Positions 27,214 to 40,443 are shown, counted from the stretch's first letter. The stretch is 64,000 bases of DNA from Luteitalea sp. (GCA_009380045.1 WHSN01000001.1:27753-91752); one strand, 5' to 3'. A program made the numbers and translations. Notes: generated by a model not told the origin, from the sequence alone.

Positions 27214-29027
27214 CAGTCCTGCTTCTTCGGGCGCATGTTCGCCGGCAGAACCCGCTTTCGCAGCCGGATGCTCGACGGCGTCACTTCCACCAGCTCGTCG
27301 TCGTTGATGAACTCGATCGCCTGCTCGAGCCCGAGCTTGCGCGGGGGAATGAGCCGGATCGCTTCGTCCGCGGAGGAGGCGCGCATGTTCGTCTGCTTCT
27401 TTTCCTTGGTGACGTTCACGTCCATGTCGCTGGCGCGGGCGTTCTCGCCGACGATCATGCCCTCGTAGACGACAGTGGCCGGGTCGATGAAGATCTCGCC
27501 GCGCTCCTGCAGGTTGAAGATCGCATACGAGGTCGTGACGCCCTGGCGATCGGCCACCAGCGCACCGTTGGCGCGCGACGGGATCGCCCCGTGCCAGGGC
27601 TCCCAGGTCGAGAAGATGTGGTTCATGATACCGGTCCCCCGGGTATCGGTCATGAATTGCGAGCGGAACCCGATCAGCCCGCGGGCCGGAATCCTGAACT
27701 CCAGCCGCACCCGTCCGCTGCCGTTGTTCACCATCTTGGTCATCACGCCCTTGCGCTCGCCGACCTGCGCAATCACGATGCCCTGGTGATCTTCGGGCAC
27801 GTCGATCACCAGCTCCTCGACCGGCTCGACGATCTGGCCGTCAATCCGCTTGGTGACGATGTCGGGCCGCGAGACCTGAAGCTCGAACCCTTCGCGACGC
27901 ATCATCTCGATGAGTATCGACAGCTGGAGCTCACCGCGGCCGATGATGCGTACCTGCTCCGGCGAGTCGGTCGGCTCCAGGCGGATCGAGACGTTGCCCA
28001 GCAGCTCCTTGTCCAATCGGTCGCGAATCTGGCGCGACGTCACGTACTGGCCATCGCGTCCCGCCATCGGCGAGGTGTTGACGCCGAACACCATCGAGAC
28101 GGTCGGCTCGTCGATCGCGATCGGCGGAATCGGCACCTGGTGCTCGACGTCGGCGATCGTCTCGCCGATCGTGATGTCCTCGATGCCGGCAAGGCAGACA
28201 ATGTCGCCGGCGGCCGCCTCCTGGATGTCGACGCGCCTCAGGCCATCGAAGGCGTAGAGCTTGGTCACCTTCGTGTGCTGGACCGCGGCGTCCAGCTTGC
28301 AGACCGCGACCGGGTCGCCGATGCGGACCCGGCCGTTGAAGATTCGACCGATGGCGATGCGGCCGACGTAGTCGCTCGAATCGAGGTTGGCGACCAGAAT
28401 CTGCAGCGGCGCATCGGGGTTGCCGCGCGGCGGCGGCACGTGCTCGACCACGGCGTCGAACAGCGGCCGCAGGTCCTCGCCGGGGATGGCGAGATCGCGG
28501 GTCGCTGTCCCCTGCCGGGCGTTGGTATAGAGGACCGGGAAATCGAGCTGTTCCTCGCTCGCGTCGAGGTCGATGAACAGGTCGTAGACCTCGTTCAGCA
28601 CTTCCTGCGTGCGCGCGTCGGCGCGATCGATCTTGTTGATCACCACAATCGGAGTCAGCCGCCGCTCGAGCGCCTTCCGGAGGACGAACCGCGTCTGCGG
28701 CAGCGGACCTTCGGACGCGTCCACCAGCAGCATCACGCCGTCGACCATCGACAGCGTGCGTTCGACCTCACCGCCGAAATCGGCGTGGCCCGGCGTGTCG
28801 ACGATGTTGATCAGGAGATCCTTGTAGTGCACCGCGGTGTTCTTCGCGAGAATCGTGATGCCGCGCTCCCGCTCGAGGTCGGTGTTGTCCATGGCGCGTT
28901 CAGCCACCCGCTCGTTGGTGCGGAAGGTGCCGCTCTGGTGCAGCAACGCATCGACCAGAGTCGTCTTTCCATGGTCAACGTGCGCGATGATCGCGACATT
29001 ACGGCGGAGAGGATTGGCGACGCGCAT
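27213..29027 (-). CDS. typA: Translational GTPase TypA/BipA
   Basis: In ORF 27213..29339 the start is ATG 29027 after GAGGAG ([29 protein letters not shown]). The full-length protein has BipA-like domain order. Confidence 0.95.
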   Translation of the reverse strand: MRVANPLRRNVAIIAHVDHGKTTLVDALLHQSGTFRTNERVAERAMDNTDLERERGITILAKNTAVHYKDLLINIVDTPGHADFGGEVERTLSMVDGVMLLVDASEGPLPQTRFVLRKALERRLTPIVVINKIDRADARTQEVLNEVYDLFIDLDASEEQLDFPVLYTNARQGTATRDLAIPGEDLRPLFDAVVEHVPPPRGNPDAPLQILVANLDSSDYVGRIAIGRIFNGRVRIGDPVAVCKLDAAVQHTKVTKLYAFDGLRRVDIQEAAAGDIVCLAGIEDITIGETIADVEHQVPIPPIAIDEPTVSMVFGVNTSPMAGRDGQYVTSRQIRDRLDKELLGNVSIRLEPTDSPEQVRIIGRGELQLSILIEMMRREGFELQVSRPDIVTKRIDGQIVEPVEELVIDVPEDHQGIVIAQVGERKGVMTKMVNNGSGRVRLEFRIPARGLIGFRSQFMTDTRGTGIMNHIFSTWEPWHGAIPSRANGALVADRQGVTTSYAIFNLQERGEIFIDPATVVYEGMIVGENARASDMDVNVTKEKKQTNMRASSADEAIRLIPPRKLGLEQAIEFINDDELVEVTPSSIRLRKRVLPANMRPKKQD

Positions 29028-29148
29028 CTCCTCAGTATACCGACTGCGGCGGCAGCCGGGCTTCGACGTCGTTCCGCCGTGGCGAGCGGGGTTCGTTTCT
29101 CCGAAGCCACCGATCGGGGGGCGTGTCGTTTTGATGGCACAATACGAC

Positions 29149-29382
29149 ATGCCCCTTTTCGAGTACGCGTGCCGCAGTTGTGGCAACCATTTCGAGTACC
29201 TGACGCGCGAAGGTCTGTCGCCAAGCTGTCCCTCGTGCGCCAGCGCGGAGCTCGACAAGCAGATGTCCGTCTTCGCGGTCAGCACCCCTGCAGCGTCGGC
29301 GCCGCGCTCCAGCGCCCCGTCGCCCGGGGCGTGCGGCATGTGCGGCGACCCGCGAGGCCCGGGCTCCTGCTCGACGAACTAG
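29149..29382 (+). CDS. FmdB-family zinc-ribbon putative regulatory protein
   Basis: This is the tail of ORF 28837..29382. The start is ATG 29149 ([18 protein letters not shown]...CPSCAS...), the typical CxxC_CxxC_SSSS family pattern. Confidence 0.75.
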   Translation: MPLFEYACRSCGNHFEYLTREGLSPSCPSCASAELDKQMSVFAVSTPAASAPRSSAPSPGACGMCGDPRGPGSCSTN

Positions 29383-29527
29383 TCTCGAATCGGGGCACCT
29401 TCTGGTCCACGTTGGCACCCGACAGGCGAACCGCGCCCTCGTGACCGCCGCCTGGCGGATGTCGTTTCGGATCCAGACCTTTCGTTCGCGATGTCCATCT
29501 TGGTATGACCGCTGCGCAAGCAGGCCG

Positions 29528-30679
29528 CTACCCGACGGCGGAAACGTTCTCGTCGGAAGCGCAAGGGCGCGGCCGACGACGCAGATCGACGATGGCGCTG
29601 CAGCCGACCGCCAGCAGGACGGCGTCGCGTGCGACGACACCCGGAGCCCACATCCGCACCCGGTACATGATCGTCATGAGCACGGCCAACAGGACGAGCC
29701 CGGCAGAACGCCGGTGCCCTTGAACCCACGCGACGGCGGCGCCCGGCAGAAGCCACCCGAGAAACTGCGGCGACAGAAGAGGAGACAGCAGCAGCAGCCC
29801 CACCACCCCGGCGAGCCACCCGGCGCCGATCGCGTTCCGCACCGCGCCTGCCCGGAGCGCCGCCACCGCGAAACACATCCCCGCGGCCAACATCGCCACC
29901 GCTGTTGCCTCGCTGATCGATCCAATTCGCAGCGCACCCGATTCAAGCCGTACTGCGGCAGGGTCTGTCAGCAGCAGCAGGCTGCCGACGATCGTTTCGA
30001 TGTGCCAGCCGCGTGCGGCGCGGAACGTGAGGACCTGGACGAAGCCGTCATCCCCAGCGATCACCCACCACCACACGACCGTCACCAGCGCCAGGATGCC
30101 GAAGATGGCGATCGTCCATCGGCGACCTGGCTTGCGCGCCATCAGCAGCACCGCAAACGGCAGCGGCCAGACCTTGATCGCCGTGCCGGCGGCGATGGCG
30201 ACGGCTGCTGTGCGCGGGCGGTACTGCTGCCAGGCCGCGACAGCGGTCGTCGTCAGCGCGACCGACCAGAGGTCAACGCGAAAGAACAGGAGCGTCAGGA
30301 TGGGCACCGCGGCGACGGCGTAGAAGAGCGCCGCCTTGACACCCCATGCCCACGCCAGCATCCCGATGATCACCGCGTCGGAGACGGCATTGGTCAGGAT
30401 GAGCAGTGCGCGGAACGACTCCGGCCGTGACGCGATCGCGCCGACCAGCTCGAAAAGCGCGACGGTGCCAGGCGGGTATTCAACAGGATAATCTCGATAC
30501 GGCAGGCCGAGGCTGCGGGTGATATCCCAGAACCGATCGAAGTCGCCCGAGTGTCGGGCAACGGTCCGCGTCGCGTTCAGCGCGATGGCGGCGTGCAAGA
30601 GCGCCAGAGCGGTCAGAAGCCGGATCGGACGAGTGGCAGCCGGGCCACCTAGTTGCTCGCGCATCGACGCCCATCCCAC
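29528..30679 (-). CDS. Polytopic membrane protein, DUF2029/GT-C glycosyltransferase-like
   Basis: ORF 29528..30679 has multiple TM helices and an N-proximal LPYRDYPVEYPPG motif reminiscent of GT87/DUF2029 mannosyltransferase-like proteins. The assignment is tentative. Confidence 0.5.
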   Translation of the reverse strand: MGWASMREQLGGPAATRPIRLLTALALLHAAIALNATRTVARHSGDFDRFWDITRSLGLPYRDYPVEYPPGTVALFELVGAIASRPESFRALLILTNAVSDAVIIGMLAWAWGVKAALFYAVAAVPILTLLFFRVDLWSVALTTTAVAAWQQYRPRTAAVAIAAGTAIKVWPLPFAVLLMARKPGRRWTIAIFGILALVTVVWWWVIAGDDGFVQVLTFRAARGWHIETIVGSLLLLTDPAAVRLESGALRIGSISEATAVAMLAAGMCFAVAALRAGAVRNAIGAGWLAGVVGLLLLSPLLSPQFLGWLLPGAAVAWVQGHRRSAGLVLLAVLMTIMYRVRMWAPGVVARDAVLLAVGCSAIVDLRRRPRPCASDENVSAVG

Positions 30680-30700
30680 CGCCCACCGATCACGCCCTGG

Positions 30701-32437
30701 CTACCTCTCAGCCATCAGCTGCGCCGCGGTCGTGAATCGCGGCTCGATGTCGACCGGCACATCGGCAAGGCGGTCGAGCGCCTTCTGCACCTCGGGCCGG
30801 ACGACACCAAGGCGATCGCCGAGCGCCTTCGCCTTCGTGTAGTCCCCCTCGGCCTGCATGGTCATGATGTCGCGGGTGAGGCCGACCACCCCGTCCCTGA
30901 TCTTGTTCTCGTCAACGGCAAACGTACCGTCCGGCTTGACCACGAATCCGCCCTGGTCGAGCAGGTAATTGAGCTGCACCGCGATGCCCTTGCCGTGCGC
31001 TTCGTTGATGCCGAACCGGATCGAGCGGAAACACGATGCGAGAAATGTCGTATAGAGCGTGTCCTGCATCGACCGGGGCACGACCCCCTTGTCGATGAGA
31101 TACTGCAGCGCATGAAGCCCGGAGATATCGGCCTTCGCCTCCTCGAGGAAGCTGGACGCGTCCTGCATCTCTTTCCGCACTGTCGTCTCGCGGCCGTTGA
31201 CGACGATGTTGTGCGGGCCGAGGCCGTGCATCATCTCGTGCATCACGATGTGGGTGAAGAAGGCGTCGAACGCCAGGCGGCCCTGGTCGGCGACCGACAG
31301 CACGACTTTGGAAATCGGCACCAGGGTCACGGCGAACTTCGCGTCCTGCACGTTCTTCAGCATCACCCGCTTCGCGCCCTTCTCGCGGATGACCCGCTCG
31401 TCATTCGGCAGGTTGAACGCCGCCGTCTGCACGCCGCGGTTGGCGTCGCCCGCGGCGTAAATCTCGTTGACGACGACCAACGGCGCCAGGGCGCCGATCT
31501 TCGGGTTCCGGTGCTTCGGATCGATCGGCAACCGGTTTTCGATGTCCTGCAGCTCGCCGCTGAACTTCTGAAGCTTCGCGCTCTCCACCTCGTCGAGAAT
31601 CGTGATGAACGACTCGAATGCCGCCTTGTAGTTGAAGAACTCGTCCTCGTACACCTCGTAGGGGCCGATCGTCGGCTCGATCGCGCCCCTCACTTCCATC
31701 CAGGCCACGTCGCTGTCGTAGTAGTCGTTCGACAGGAACGCATCGGCGCGGCTGGTGAGGTACGCCGTGAGTGTCGGCTCGGTCGCCAGCGCCGCGGCTT
31801 CGCGCAAGAGCGCCGCCGCTCGCATCAGCTCGTTCTGATACTCGACGTTGTATGGAACGACGGAAAATGCCCCGGTCGCATCGCGGCGGATCACGCTGAA
31901 GAACCCGCTGGCGCGGGCACGCGCCGCCGCCGGCAGCTTCTGCATCCAGCTCTCGAGCTCCACTCGGGTCGCGCCTTCAGGGTAGAAATTGCCGCCCGCC
32001 GGCTTCGGCGGCGCGCCGGCCACGAAGGGTTGGTTGTGGTCGAGCCTATCCCACGGGCCTTTGTTGATCAGAAAGTAGTGCAGGCGGGCGCGCCCCTCGG
32101 GCGTGTCGTCGCGCACCAGATCGAGCAGCATCGCTTCGTTTCCCGACCAGACCTGCCGCAGAAACAGAGCGTCCACGATCTGCGACGCCTCGATCAGCTT
32201 GGCGAGCACCCGGCGGTCGCTCGGCGCCAGCCTGGACAGATCGGCGCCGACATCGGTCGGCGCATAGCGCGCCGCCTTGCGCTGCAGGTCGGCGTGCGCC
32301 GGTGAAGCGGCCGGCGGCGGGTTCGTCTGGGCTCCTGCACCGGCCACGGGAACCTCCTCGGTCCGGCACGCGGCCAGCAAGAAAGCGGCAGCAAGAATGC
32401 TGCAGGCCACAGCGGTTCTGTATGGGTATGTCATCAT
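30701..32437 (-). CDS. DPP-III-like (M49-related) zinc peptidase lipoprotein
   Basis: In ORF 30701..32518 the likely start is ATG 32437 (MMTYPYRTAVACSILAAAFLLAAC). Motifs are HIVMHEMMHGLGPH and LEEAKADISGL (HExxxH...EExxAD). Confidence 0.65.
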   Translation of the reverse strand: MMTYPYRTAVACSILAAAFLLAACRTEEVPVAGAGAQTNPPPAASPAHADLQRKAARYAPTDVGADLSRLAPSDRRVLAKLIEASQIVDALFLRQVWSGNEAMLLDLVRDDTPEGRARLHYFLINKGPWDRLDHNQPFVAGAPPKPAGGNFYPEGATRVELESWMQKLPAAARARASGFFSVIRRDATGAFSVVPYNVEYQNELMRAAALLREAAALATEPTLTAYLTSRADAFLSNDYYDSDVAWMEVRGAIEPTIGPYEVYEDEFFNYKAAFESFITILDEVESAKLQKFSGELQDIENRLPIDPKHRNPKIGALAPLVVVNEIYAAGDANRGVQTAAFNLPNDERVIREKGAKRVMLKNVQDAKFAVTLVPISKVVLSVADQGRLAFDAFFTHIVMHEMMHGLGPHNIVVNGRETTVRKEMQDASSFLEEAKADISGLHALQYLIDKGVVPRSMQDTLYTTFLASCFRSIRFGINEAHGKGIAVQLNYLLDQGGFVVKPDGTFAVDENKIRDGVVGLTRDIMTMQAEGDYTKAKALGDRLGVVRPEVQKALDRLADVPVDIEPRFTTAAQLMAER

Positions 32438-32480
32438 GAGCCTGATTGTCGTTTCTAAGTCTACAGCTTGGAGGGCCATC

Positions 32481-33650
32481 GTGAGACGAGTGGCAGCATT
32501 CCTGTTCGTGACGATCATCGGGGCATCCGTGACCGTGATGTTCGCTCAGCAGCGCGGCGGCGGGCTCGGTGCGCCGGTCCCGCCGTCGGGAGCCACGGTC
32601 CAACTCGGTCAGCTGAAGCTTCCCGCCGGGTTCTCGATTGCGGTATACGCGGACAACGTGGCGGGTGCGCGGTCGATGGCGCTCGGGCCGGACGGCACCG
32701 TGTTCGTCGGCACGCAGCGCGGCAACGTGTTCGCGGTGGTGGACCGCAACGGCGACCACCGTTCCGACGAGGTCATCACGATCGCTTCGGACCTGACCCA
32801 GCCCAACGGAGTCGCATTCAGGGACGGGGCGCTGTATGTGGCCGAGATCAGCAGGATCACGCGATACGACGGTGCGCTCGATTTCACCAAGCAACCGGCC
32901 GGCGCGGCGGCGGCGCTGAAAACGACCGTCGTGACAGACAAGCTGCCGACCGATCGGCCGCACGGGTGGAAGTACTTGGGCTTTGGACCCGACGGCCTGC
33001 TCTACACCCAGATCGGCGCGCCGGGCAATCTGGTCGACCGCGGCGATCCCTACGCCACGATCGTCCGGATGAAGCCGGACGGCTCGGCCTTCGAGATCTT
33101 CGCGCGCGGCGTTCGCAACTCGGTCGGCCTGGCCTGGCATCCCGATACGCGCGAGCTGTGGTTCACCGACAACGGCCGCGACATGCTGGGCGACGAGGTC
33201 CCGAACGACGAGCTGAACGTCGCCGCGAAGCCGGGGATGCACTTCGGCTACCCGTATTGCCACGAAGGGACGATCCTCGATCCCGAATTCGGCAAGGGCA
33301 AATCGTGCGCGGACTACGCTCCGCCCGCCGCCAAGCTGGGACCGCACGTCGCCGCGCTGGGCCTCAAGTTCTACTCGGGGTCGATGTTCCCGGCCGAGTA
33401 CCGGAAGCAGCTCTTCATCGTGAATCACGGCTCGTGGAACCGCTCCGCCCAGGTGTCGCACACCGGATACCGGGTGATGCTCGCGAAGCTGCAGAACAAC
33501 ACGGTCGTCAGCTACGAGCCATTTGTCGAGGGATGGCTGCAGGGTGGCCGTCAGGCCTGGGGACGGCCGGTCGATCTGCTGGAGCTGCCCGACGGCTCGC
33601 TGCTGGTGTCGGACGACCGGGCCAGCGTGCTCTACCGGATCACGTCCTAG
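32481..33650 (+). CDS. PQQ-dependent sugar (sorbosone/glucose) dehydrogenase family beta-propeller
   Basis: In ORF 32277..33650 the proposed start is GTG 32481, 5 nt after GGAGGG (32470-32475), which gives a signal/TM segment. Motifs include PNGVAF, WFTDNGRDMLGDEVPNDELN and GMHFGYPYCH. Confidence 0.8.
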   Translation: MRRVAAFLFVTIIGASVTVMFAQQRGGGLGAPVPPSGATVQLGQLKLPAGFSIAVYADNVAGARSMALGPDGTVFVGTQRGNVFAVVDRNGDHRSDEVITIASDLTQPNGVAFRDGALYVAEISRITRYDGALDFTKQPAGAAAALKTTVVTDKLPTDRPHGWKYLGFGPDGLLYTQIGAPGNLVDRGDPYATIVRMKPDGSAFEIFARGVRNSVGLAWHPDTRELWFTDNGRDMLGDEVPNDELNVAAKPGMHFGYPYCHEGTILDPEFGKGKSCADYAPPAAKLGPHVAALGLKFYSGSMFPAEYRKQLFIVNHGSWNRSAQVSHTGYRVMLAKLQNNTVVSYEPFVEGWLQGGRQAWGRPVDLLELPDGSLLVSDDRASVLYRITS

Positions 33651-33686
33651 ACCAGCGCGCTTTTCGATCTGCCGTAGCAGTCCTTC

Positions 33687-33757
33687 ATCACGAAGGAACA
33701 CGAAGTTCTTTGCCAAGACAACTTCGTGATCCTCGTGGTCCTTCGGGGCCTCGTGAT
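33687..33757. repeat. Inverted arrays of a 9-10-nt unit (CACGAAG / CTTCGTG) including a 9-bp perfect hairpin
   Basis: The left array is ATCACGAAGG AACACGAAGT (33687-33706). The right array is CTTCGTGAT CCTCGTGGT CCTTCGGGG CCTCGTGAT (33722-33757). The perfect stem is CACGAAGTT (33699-33707) / AACTTCGTG (33720-33728) with a 12-nt loop. It lies in a convergent intergenic spacer. Confidence 0.85.
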
Positions 33758-33787
33758 ACGCGCAATTGAAATCGGCACCAGCGCCAA

Positions 33788-33817
33788 GGGGATCAGAGGT
33801 CGGGGGATCTCAGGGTC
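33788..33817. repeat. Tandem 14-16-nt repeat GGGGATCNNAGGGTC (2 units)
   Basis: Read directly: GGGGATCAGAGGTC / GGGGGATCTCAGGGTC. It ends 3 nt before the algH-like stop (33821). Confidence 0.7.
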
Positions 33818-33820
33818 GGT

Positions 33821-34375
33821 TCAATGGACTCCTCTCGACATTTGCAGGTTCGCGGGGTCGGCGCCGAGGCGGCGTATCGCCATCTCCCACATTCGATCGG
33901 CCGGCGTCTGGAAAATGAGGGCGGGGTCCACGTCGCTCATGAGCCACGCGGACCCTTCGAGCTCAGCCTCGAGCTGCCCGGGGCCCCATCCGGAGTAGCC
34001 GACCATCAGCCTGGCATCGGCGGGCGGATCGGGTTCGAGCAGGCGCCGCAAGAGACCCGGCGACGTCGTCAGCACCAGCCCTTCGGCGATCGGCATGCCG
34101 TCAACTTTCCCGGCCTGCACGATGTCGCCGCCGGCAAGCATCCAGCTCCGCTCCGGCTCCACCGGCCCGCCCACCCACAGGTTCAGCTCACGATCGGTGG
34201 AGACTGGCGGATCCAGGTTCACAACCACCCGGCCGCTGGTGGTGAGCGGGCGGTTCACCACCAGTCCGAATGCCCCTTCTTCGCTGTGCCTGCACAACAG
34301 GACGACGGTGCGGCTGAAATTCGGGTCCATCAACTGGGGCATGGACAAGAGGAATGCCGGCGCAAGTGACGTCAT
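33821..34375 (-). CDS. YqgE/AlgH family (UPF0301) protein
   Basis: In ORF 33821..34588 the start is ATG 34375 (MTSLAPAFLLSMPQLMDPNFSRTVVLLCRHSEEGAFGLVVNRP). Confidence 0.85.
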   Translation of the reverse strand: MTSLAPAFLLSMPQLMDPNFSRTVVLLCRHSEEGAFGLVVNRPLTTSGRVVVNLDPPVSTDRELNLWVGGPVEPERSWMLAGGDIVQAGKVDGMPIAEGLVLTTSPGLLRRLLEPDPPADARLMVGYSGWGPGQLEAELEGSAWLMSDVDPALIFQTPADRMWEMAIRRLGADPANLQMSRGVH

Positions 34376-34630
34376 CTCCCAAGCCTCGCAGCTACATTCC
34401 GCGAATCGTCGATGAATCGCTCGGTCTCGCGCAGGTCGCAGGCTCGGCAGCCACGTGCGGTCTCGCGAACAGACGCGAGCGTCGGGCTGGGTTTCGCGCG
34501 GGCGACAGAACGACCACGAGGACGCTTCGGCATATGAAAGCCAACGGCTCGGCGAACGCCAGTCGCCGGCGCCGGACTGACGATCCACGACTCCTGCCGG
34601 CTGACGCCCGCCAACCGGTGCGGGACCTGA

Positions 34631-35575
34631 TCAGGTCCGTTCTTGCACGTTCTGGCTGGCGACCTGCATATTGCGTCGCAGGCCGGCGATCTTCGCACGC
34701 TTCATGGCGCTCCCCTTGAGCGCGACCTGCAAGTCGTCGTCCGGCATCTGCAAGAGATCGACCAGCCGGCGGTTGTCCCAGGCCGGACGCGGCTGCCAGG
34801 CCGGATCGTCAGTGGTGGGCGCCACCGCATTCCAGGGGCAGACCTCCTGGCAGATATCGCAGCCGTAGACATGCGAGCCGATACCGGCACGAAGCGCCTC
34901 GGGAATCTCACCCCGATGCTCGATCGTGAGATACGAGATGCAGCGGTTCGAGTCGAGCACGCCGGGCGCCACCAGCGCCTTCGTCGGGCAGGCCTCGAGG
35001 CAGAGCGTGCAGGTGCCGCACTGGTCGAACGCCGGCGCATCGAGGTCGAGCGCCAGGCTGCAGATGATCTCGGCGAGGAAAATCCATGAGCCCAACTCAG
35101 GGCTGATGACGCAGGTGTTCTTCCCGATCCAGCCGATGCCGGCGTGCTGCGCGTAGACACGTTCCTGGACCGGTCCGGTGTCGACGTAGGCGAGCGCTTC
35201 GAACGGCTCGTCGGACCGCTCGCGCATCCACGAAACGAGGGACGCCAGACGCTGCCCGAGCACGGTGTGGTAATCGTCTCCCCACGAATACCTGGCAATG
35301 TGGCCGCGGTCCGGGTCGGCGCACTCGGTCGAGTACGGCCGTTCGGTGTTGTAAAGGGTGGCGGTGACGATCACCGTTTTCGCGGATGGCAGGAGGTGAC
35401 GCACATCCGCGCGGGTGTCGGCGGTGCGGGAGAGGTAGGCCATGGAGCCGGCGTAGCCACGTGCCAGCCACTCAGGGTAAAACCTGAGCTCGGGGTGCTC
35501 CGACGCCGGCGCGATCCCGCAGGCGTCGAACCCGAGCGCTTTCGCGCGTTGCCTGATATCAGCGGCCGTGACCAT
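34631..35575 (-). CDS. queG: tRNA epoxyqueuosine(34) reductase QueG
   Basis: ORF 34631..35575 shows full-length similarity to QueG, including the 4Fe-4S ferredoxin motifs (CGTCTLCLEACP, CDICQEVCPWN). Confidence 0.9.
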   Translation of the reverse strand: MVTAADIRQRAKALGFDACGIAPASEHPELRFYPEWLARGYAGSMAYLSRTADTRADVRHLLPSAKTVIVTATLYNTERPYSTECADPDRGHIARYSWGDDYHTVLGQRLASLVSWMRERSDEPFEALAYVDTGPVQERVYAQHAGIGWIGKNTCVISPELGSWIFLAEIICSLALDLDAPAFDQCGTCTLCLEACPTKALVAPGVLDSNRCISYLTIEHRGEIPEALRAGIGSHVYGCDICQEVCPWNAVAPTTDDPAWQPRPAWDNRRLVDLLQMPDDDLQVALKGSAMKRAKIAGLRRNMQVASQNVQERT

Positions 35576-35686
35576 GAAACGAAGCTGAATGCAGAGAGCG
35601 TCGAGATCCGAGCGCCTGACCTACTCCGTGCCCGCTGCCGCTGCCGACTTCCGGCCGCCGCCGGCTGTCCGTCACCCGAGCTTCGG

Positions 35687-38443
<2,757 letters not shown>

Positions 38444-38749
38444 CGGAACCTCTAATCCATCGTACTACAACCGGGCACACTCCTTGCCACGGGCTCAGTG
38501 GCGTACCGCGAAACCCAGGGCGAAAAGGACGAAGCCATGCGTAACGACGCAAGACCGATGGGCGAGTCGAGCCCGGCGTCCCCGATCGGCGGCGACCAGT
38601 CACCTCTACCGAGTGAGAGCCCAGACAGCCGAGAGCCGCTGAAACACGATCGGCAGCCACAGATCGTCAACGACCAGCCTGGAAGCCGCCAGCCGCACGG
38701 CACCGGTGATTCAGTGACGCCCCCCGGACGACGCGATCAGACCGCCGGG

Positions 38750-39415
38750 CTAAAACCTGACGAAGAACGACGCGCTCAGCGAAGGCACGATGCGCGTGTC
38801 TTCATCGAGCGCAACCCCGTTTCTCGAGAATTGCGCGCGGGCGTCGGCCCGAATGCCTGACGCCTTCACCAGTCCACGCCGCAGGGAGAAGGGGACACGA
38901 AATCCTCCGCCGACATAGTACGTCTGTCCGGTCTCGACCAACCCGTGGCCGTCGTGGAGCTGTCGCAGGTAGCCCAGCCCTCCAGCGGCGAACGGCGCCA
39001 ACCGTCCGAAGCTCCATCGCGCGAGCTGCGCCGTGATCCCGCCCTCGAACGTGTACTCGGTGATCCTGTCCGTGAGAGTCACGTCGGAGATCCCCTCAAC
39101 GTCCGAGGTGATTCGCGTCTGCAGTTCCGGGCGCGAGTACGAGAACGCCCCCTCCATCTGGAGCACAGAGGTGAGCCGAGCGCCGACTCGCGCTTCAACC
39201 CGGGTGGCCGGCTCGAGCCGGGTATCGCTGTCGAAGAGCGTGAACCGCCCGTTTGCCAACGATGTCTCGGTCGCGGAGACGCGCGGGTAAGACGTGCCGC
39301 CGAGCCACCGGACGCCGCCGCCGACCTCAACGCGCCCTTCACCAGTCTGCGCAGCCGCGGCGACCTCGAACAGCAGCCAGACAGCGAGCATCACCGGCGT
39401 CACCCGGCGCCCCAT
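38750..39415 (-). CDS. Predicted outer-membrane beta-barrel protein
   Basis: This is the C-terminal 221 codons of ORF 38750..39961. The start is ATG 39415 (MGRRVTPVMLAVWLLFEVAAAAQ). It has alternating beta-strand-like segments and a terminal ...SASFFVRF. The start shares one base with the stop of the upstream matrixin gene. Confidence 0.55.
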   Translation of the reverse strand: MGRRVTPVMLAVWLLFEVAAAAQTGEGRVEVGGGVRWLGGTSYPRVSATETSLANGRFTLFDSDTRLEPATRVEARVGARLTSVLQMEGAFSYSRPELQTRITSDVEGISDVTLTDRITEYTFEGGITAQLARWSFGRLAPFAAGGLGYLRQLHDGHGLVETGQTYYVGGGFRVPFSLRRGLVKASGIRADARAQFSRNGVALDEDTRIVPSLSASFFVRF

Positions 39416-40443
39416 CACTTTCCTGCCACCTCCACCTCGATGGCGCCGCTGTCGGCGCCTCGCGGCACTATGACGAGCTGTTCGTAGTACTTCGAGCGGA
39501 AATTCAGATCCACCGGATCGACGTTGTCGAAGAAGCTGTCCGTGTCGGCATCGTCGATCGGCTCGACGCGGATCGCGTGCGGACCGGGACGGAGGCCGGC
39601 AATCGAAAACTGGCCGTCCGCGCGGAGGCTGAAGTTCCCGACTAGCTCGCCTTTCGCGATATCGAACGCGACGATGTGCGCGCCAAAGACGCCGGCGCCA
39701 CTCTTGGTGATGCGCCCCGACACGCTGCCGGTGTCGTCGTTGAACCCGCCGTCCGGATACAGGTCGGAGATGCCCGCGACATCGTCCGGCCGCAGCAGGC
39801 GGCCGGACACGTCGTTGGTGCCCAGCGCAATCGGGAACATCACCGCTTCGGCCGCGAGCACGCGGCGGCCGCTGGCGCCGACCTCCGTTTCGCCGATTGC
39901 GGAATGACCGAGCCCGCTCAGGTGGCCGATCTCGTGCACGGCAATGGTCTCGAGATCCCACCGGTTCCGTTCGCCTCCGGCCGCCACCGACCAGGCGAAG
40001 GCGGAGTTGAAGAAGATGTCAGCCTCCAGCAATTCGCCGGTGAGGCCGTCGATCAGGAAGCTGGTGGACGCCAGCACGCGATCGAGCTCAGGCACGCTCT
40101 GAAAGCCGAGAGTGGTGCGACCGTCGTCTTCGCCCGGCTGGTTCGAGGTGAACCCGGCGAAGTCGTAGGTGATGGCGGCCGTCGGTACACCCTGCCAGGT
40201 GGCAAAGGCGCGGGCGGCGGCGCCCTGAAGGTCGGTCGCGCTGACGCCGGGCACGCCGCGGTTGGTGACGAAATACCGCACCGGAAACCTCAGCCATCTC
40301 GCCGTCACGGAACGGCTGCCGATCTCGAACCCGAATTTCAGGTATGCGAGCGCCGGATGCGCCGGCAGCAGCACGAGGAGAACGGTCAGCAGGACGGCGA
40401 TCCGCCTGCGCGCGGCGATCGAGCGCTCGCCGTAAACGGTCAT
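39415..40443 (-). CDS. Matrixin (M10) family secreted zinc metalloprotease with C-terminal CarboxypepD_reg-like domain
   Basis: ORF 39415..40443 has a signal peptide, the zinc site AVHEIGHLSGLGHS with a Met-turn (AVMFP), and a C-terminal GSVSGRITKSGAGVFGAHIVAF...GLRPGPHAIRVEP segment. Confidence 0.75.
   Translation of the reverse strand: MTVYGERSIAARRRIAVLLTVLLVLLPAHPALAYLKFGFEIGSRSVTARWLRFPVRYFVTNRGVPGVSATDLQGAAARAFATWQGVPTAAITYDFAGFTSNQPGEDDGRTTLGFQSVPELDRVLASTSFLIDGLTGELLEADIFFNSAFAWSVAAGGERNRWDLETIAVHEIGHLSGLGHSAIGETEVGASGRRVLAAEAVMFPIALGTNDVSGRLLRPDDVAGISDLYPDGGFNDDTGSVSGRITKSGAGVFGAHIVAFDIAKGELVGNFSLRADGQFSIAGLRPGPHAIRVEPIDDADTDSFFDNVDPVDLNFRSKYYEQLVIVPRGADSGAIEVEVAGK

Noticed and set aside
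33812-33830. tRNA-like T-arm (GGTTCAATGG).
   Set aside because: No acceptor stem, D-arm or anticodon arm can be built around it, and it overlaps the 3' end of the algH-like CDS. I found no other tRNA-like GGTTCGAATCC-type motif in any spacer.
38498-38860. A 120-aa ORF in the 306-nt acnA upstream spacer.
   Set aside because: The product is disordered and Pro/Ser/Arg-rich, the ORF runs into the opposite-strand beta-barrel gene, and it has no recognisable domain. It is probably non-coding leader or promoter DNA. I could not identify any structured RNA there by eye.
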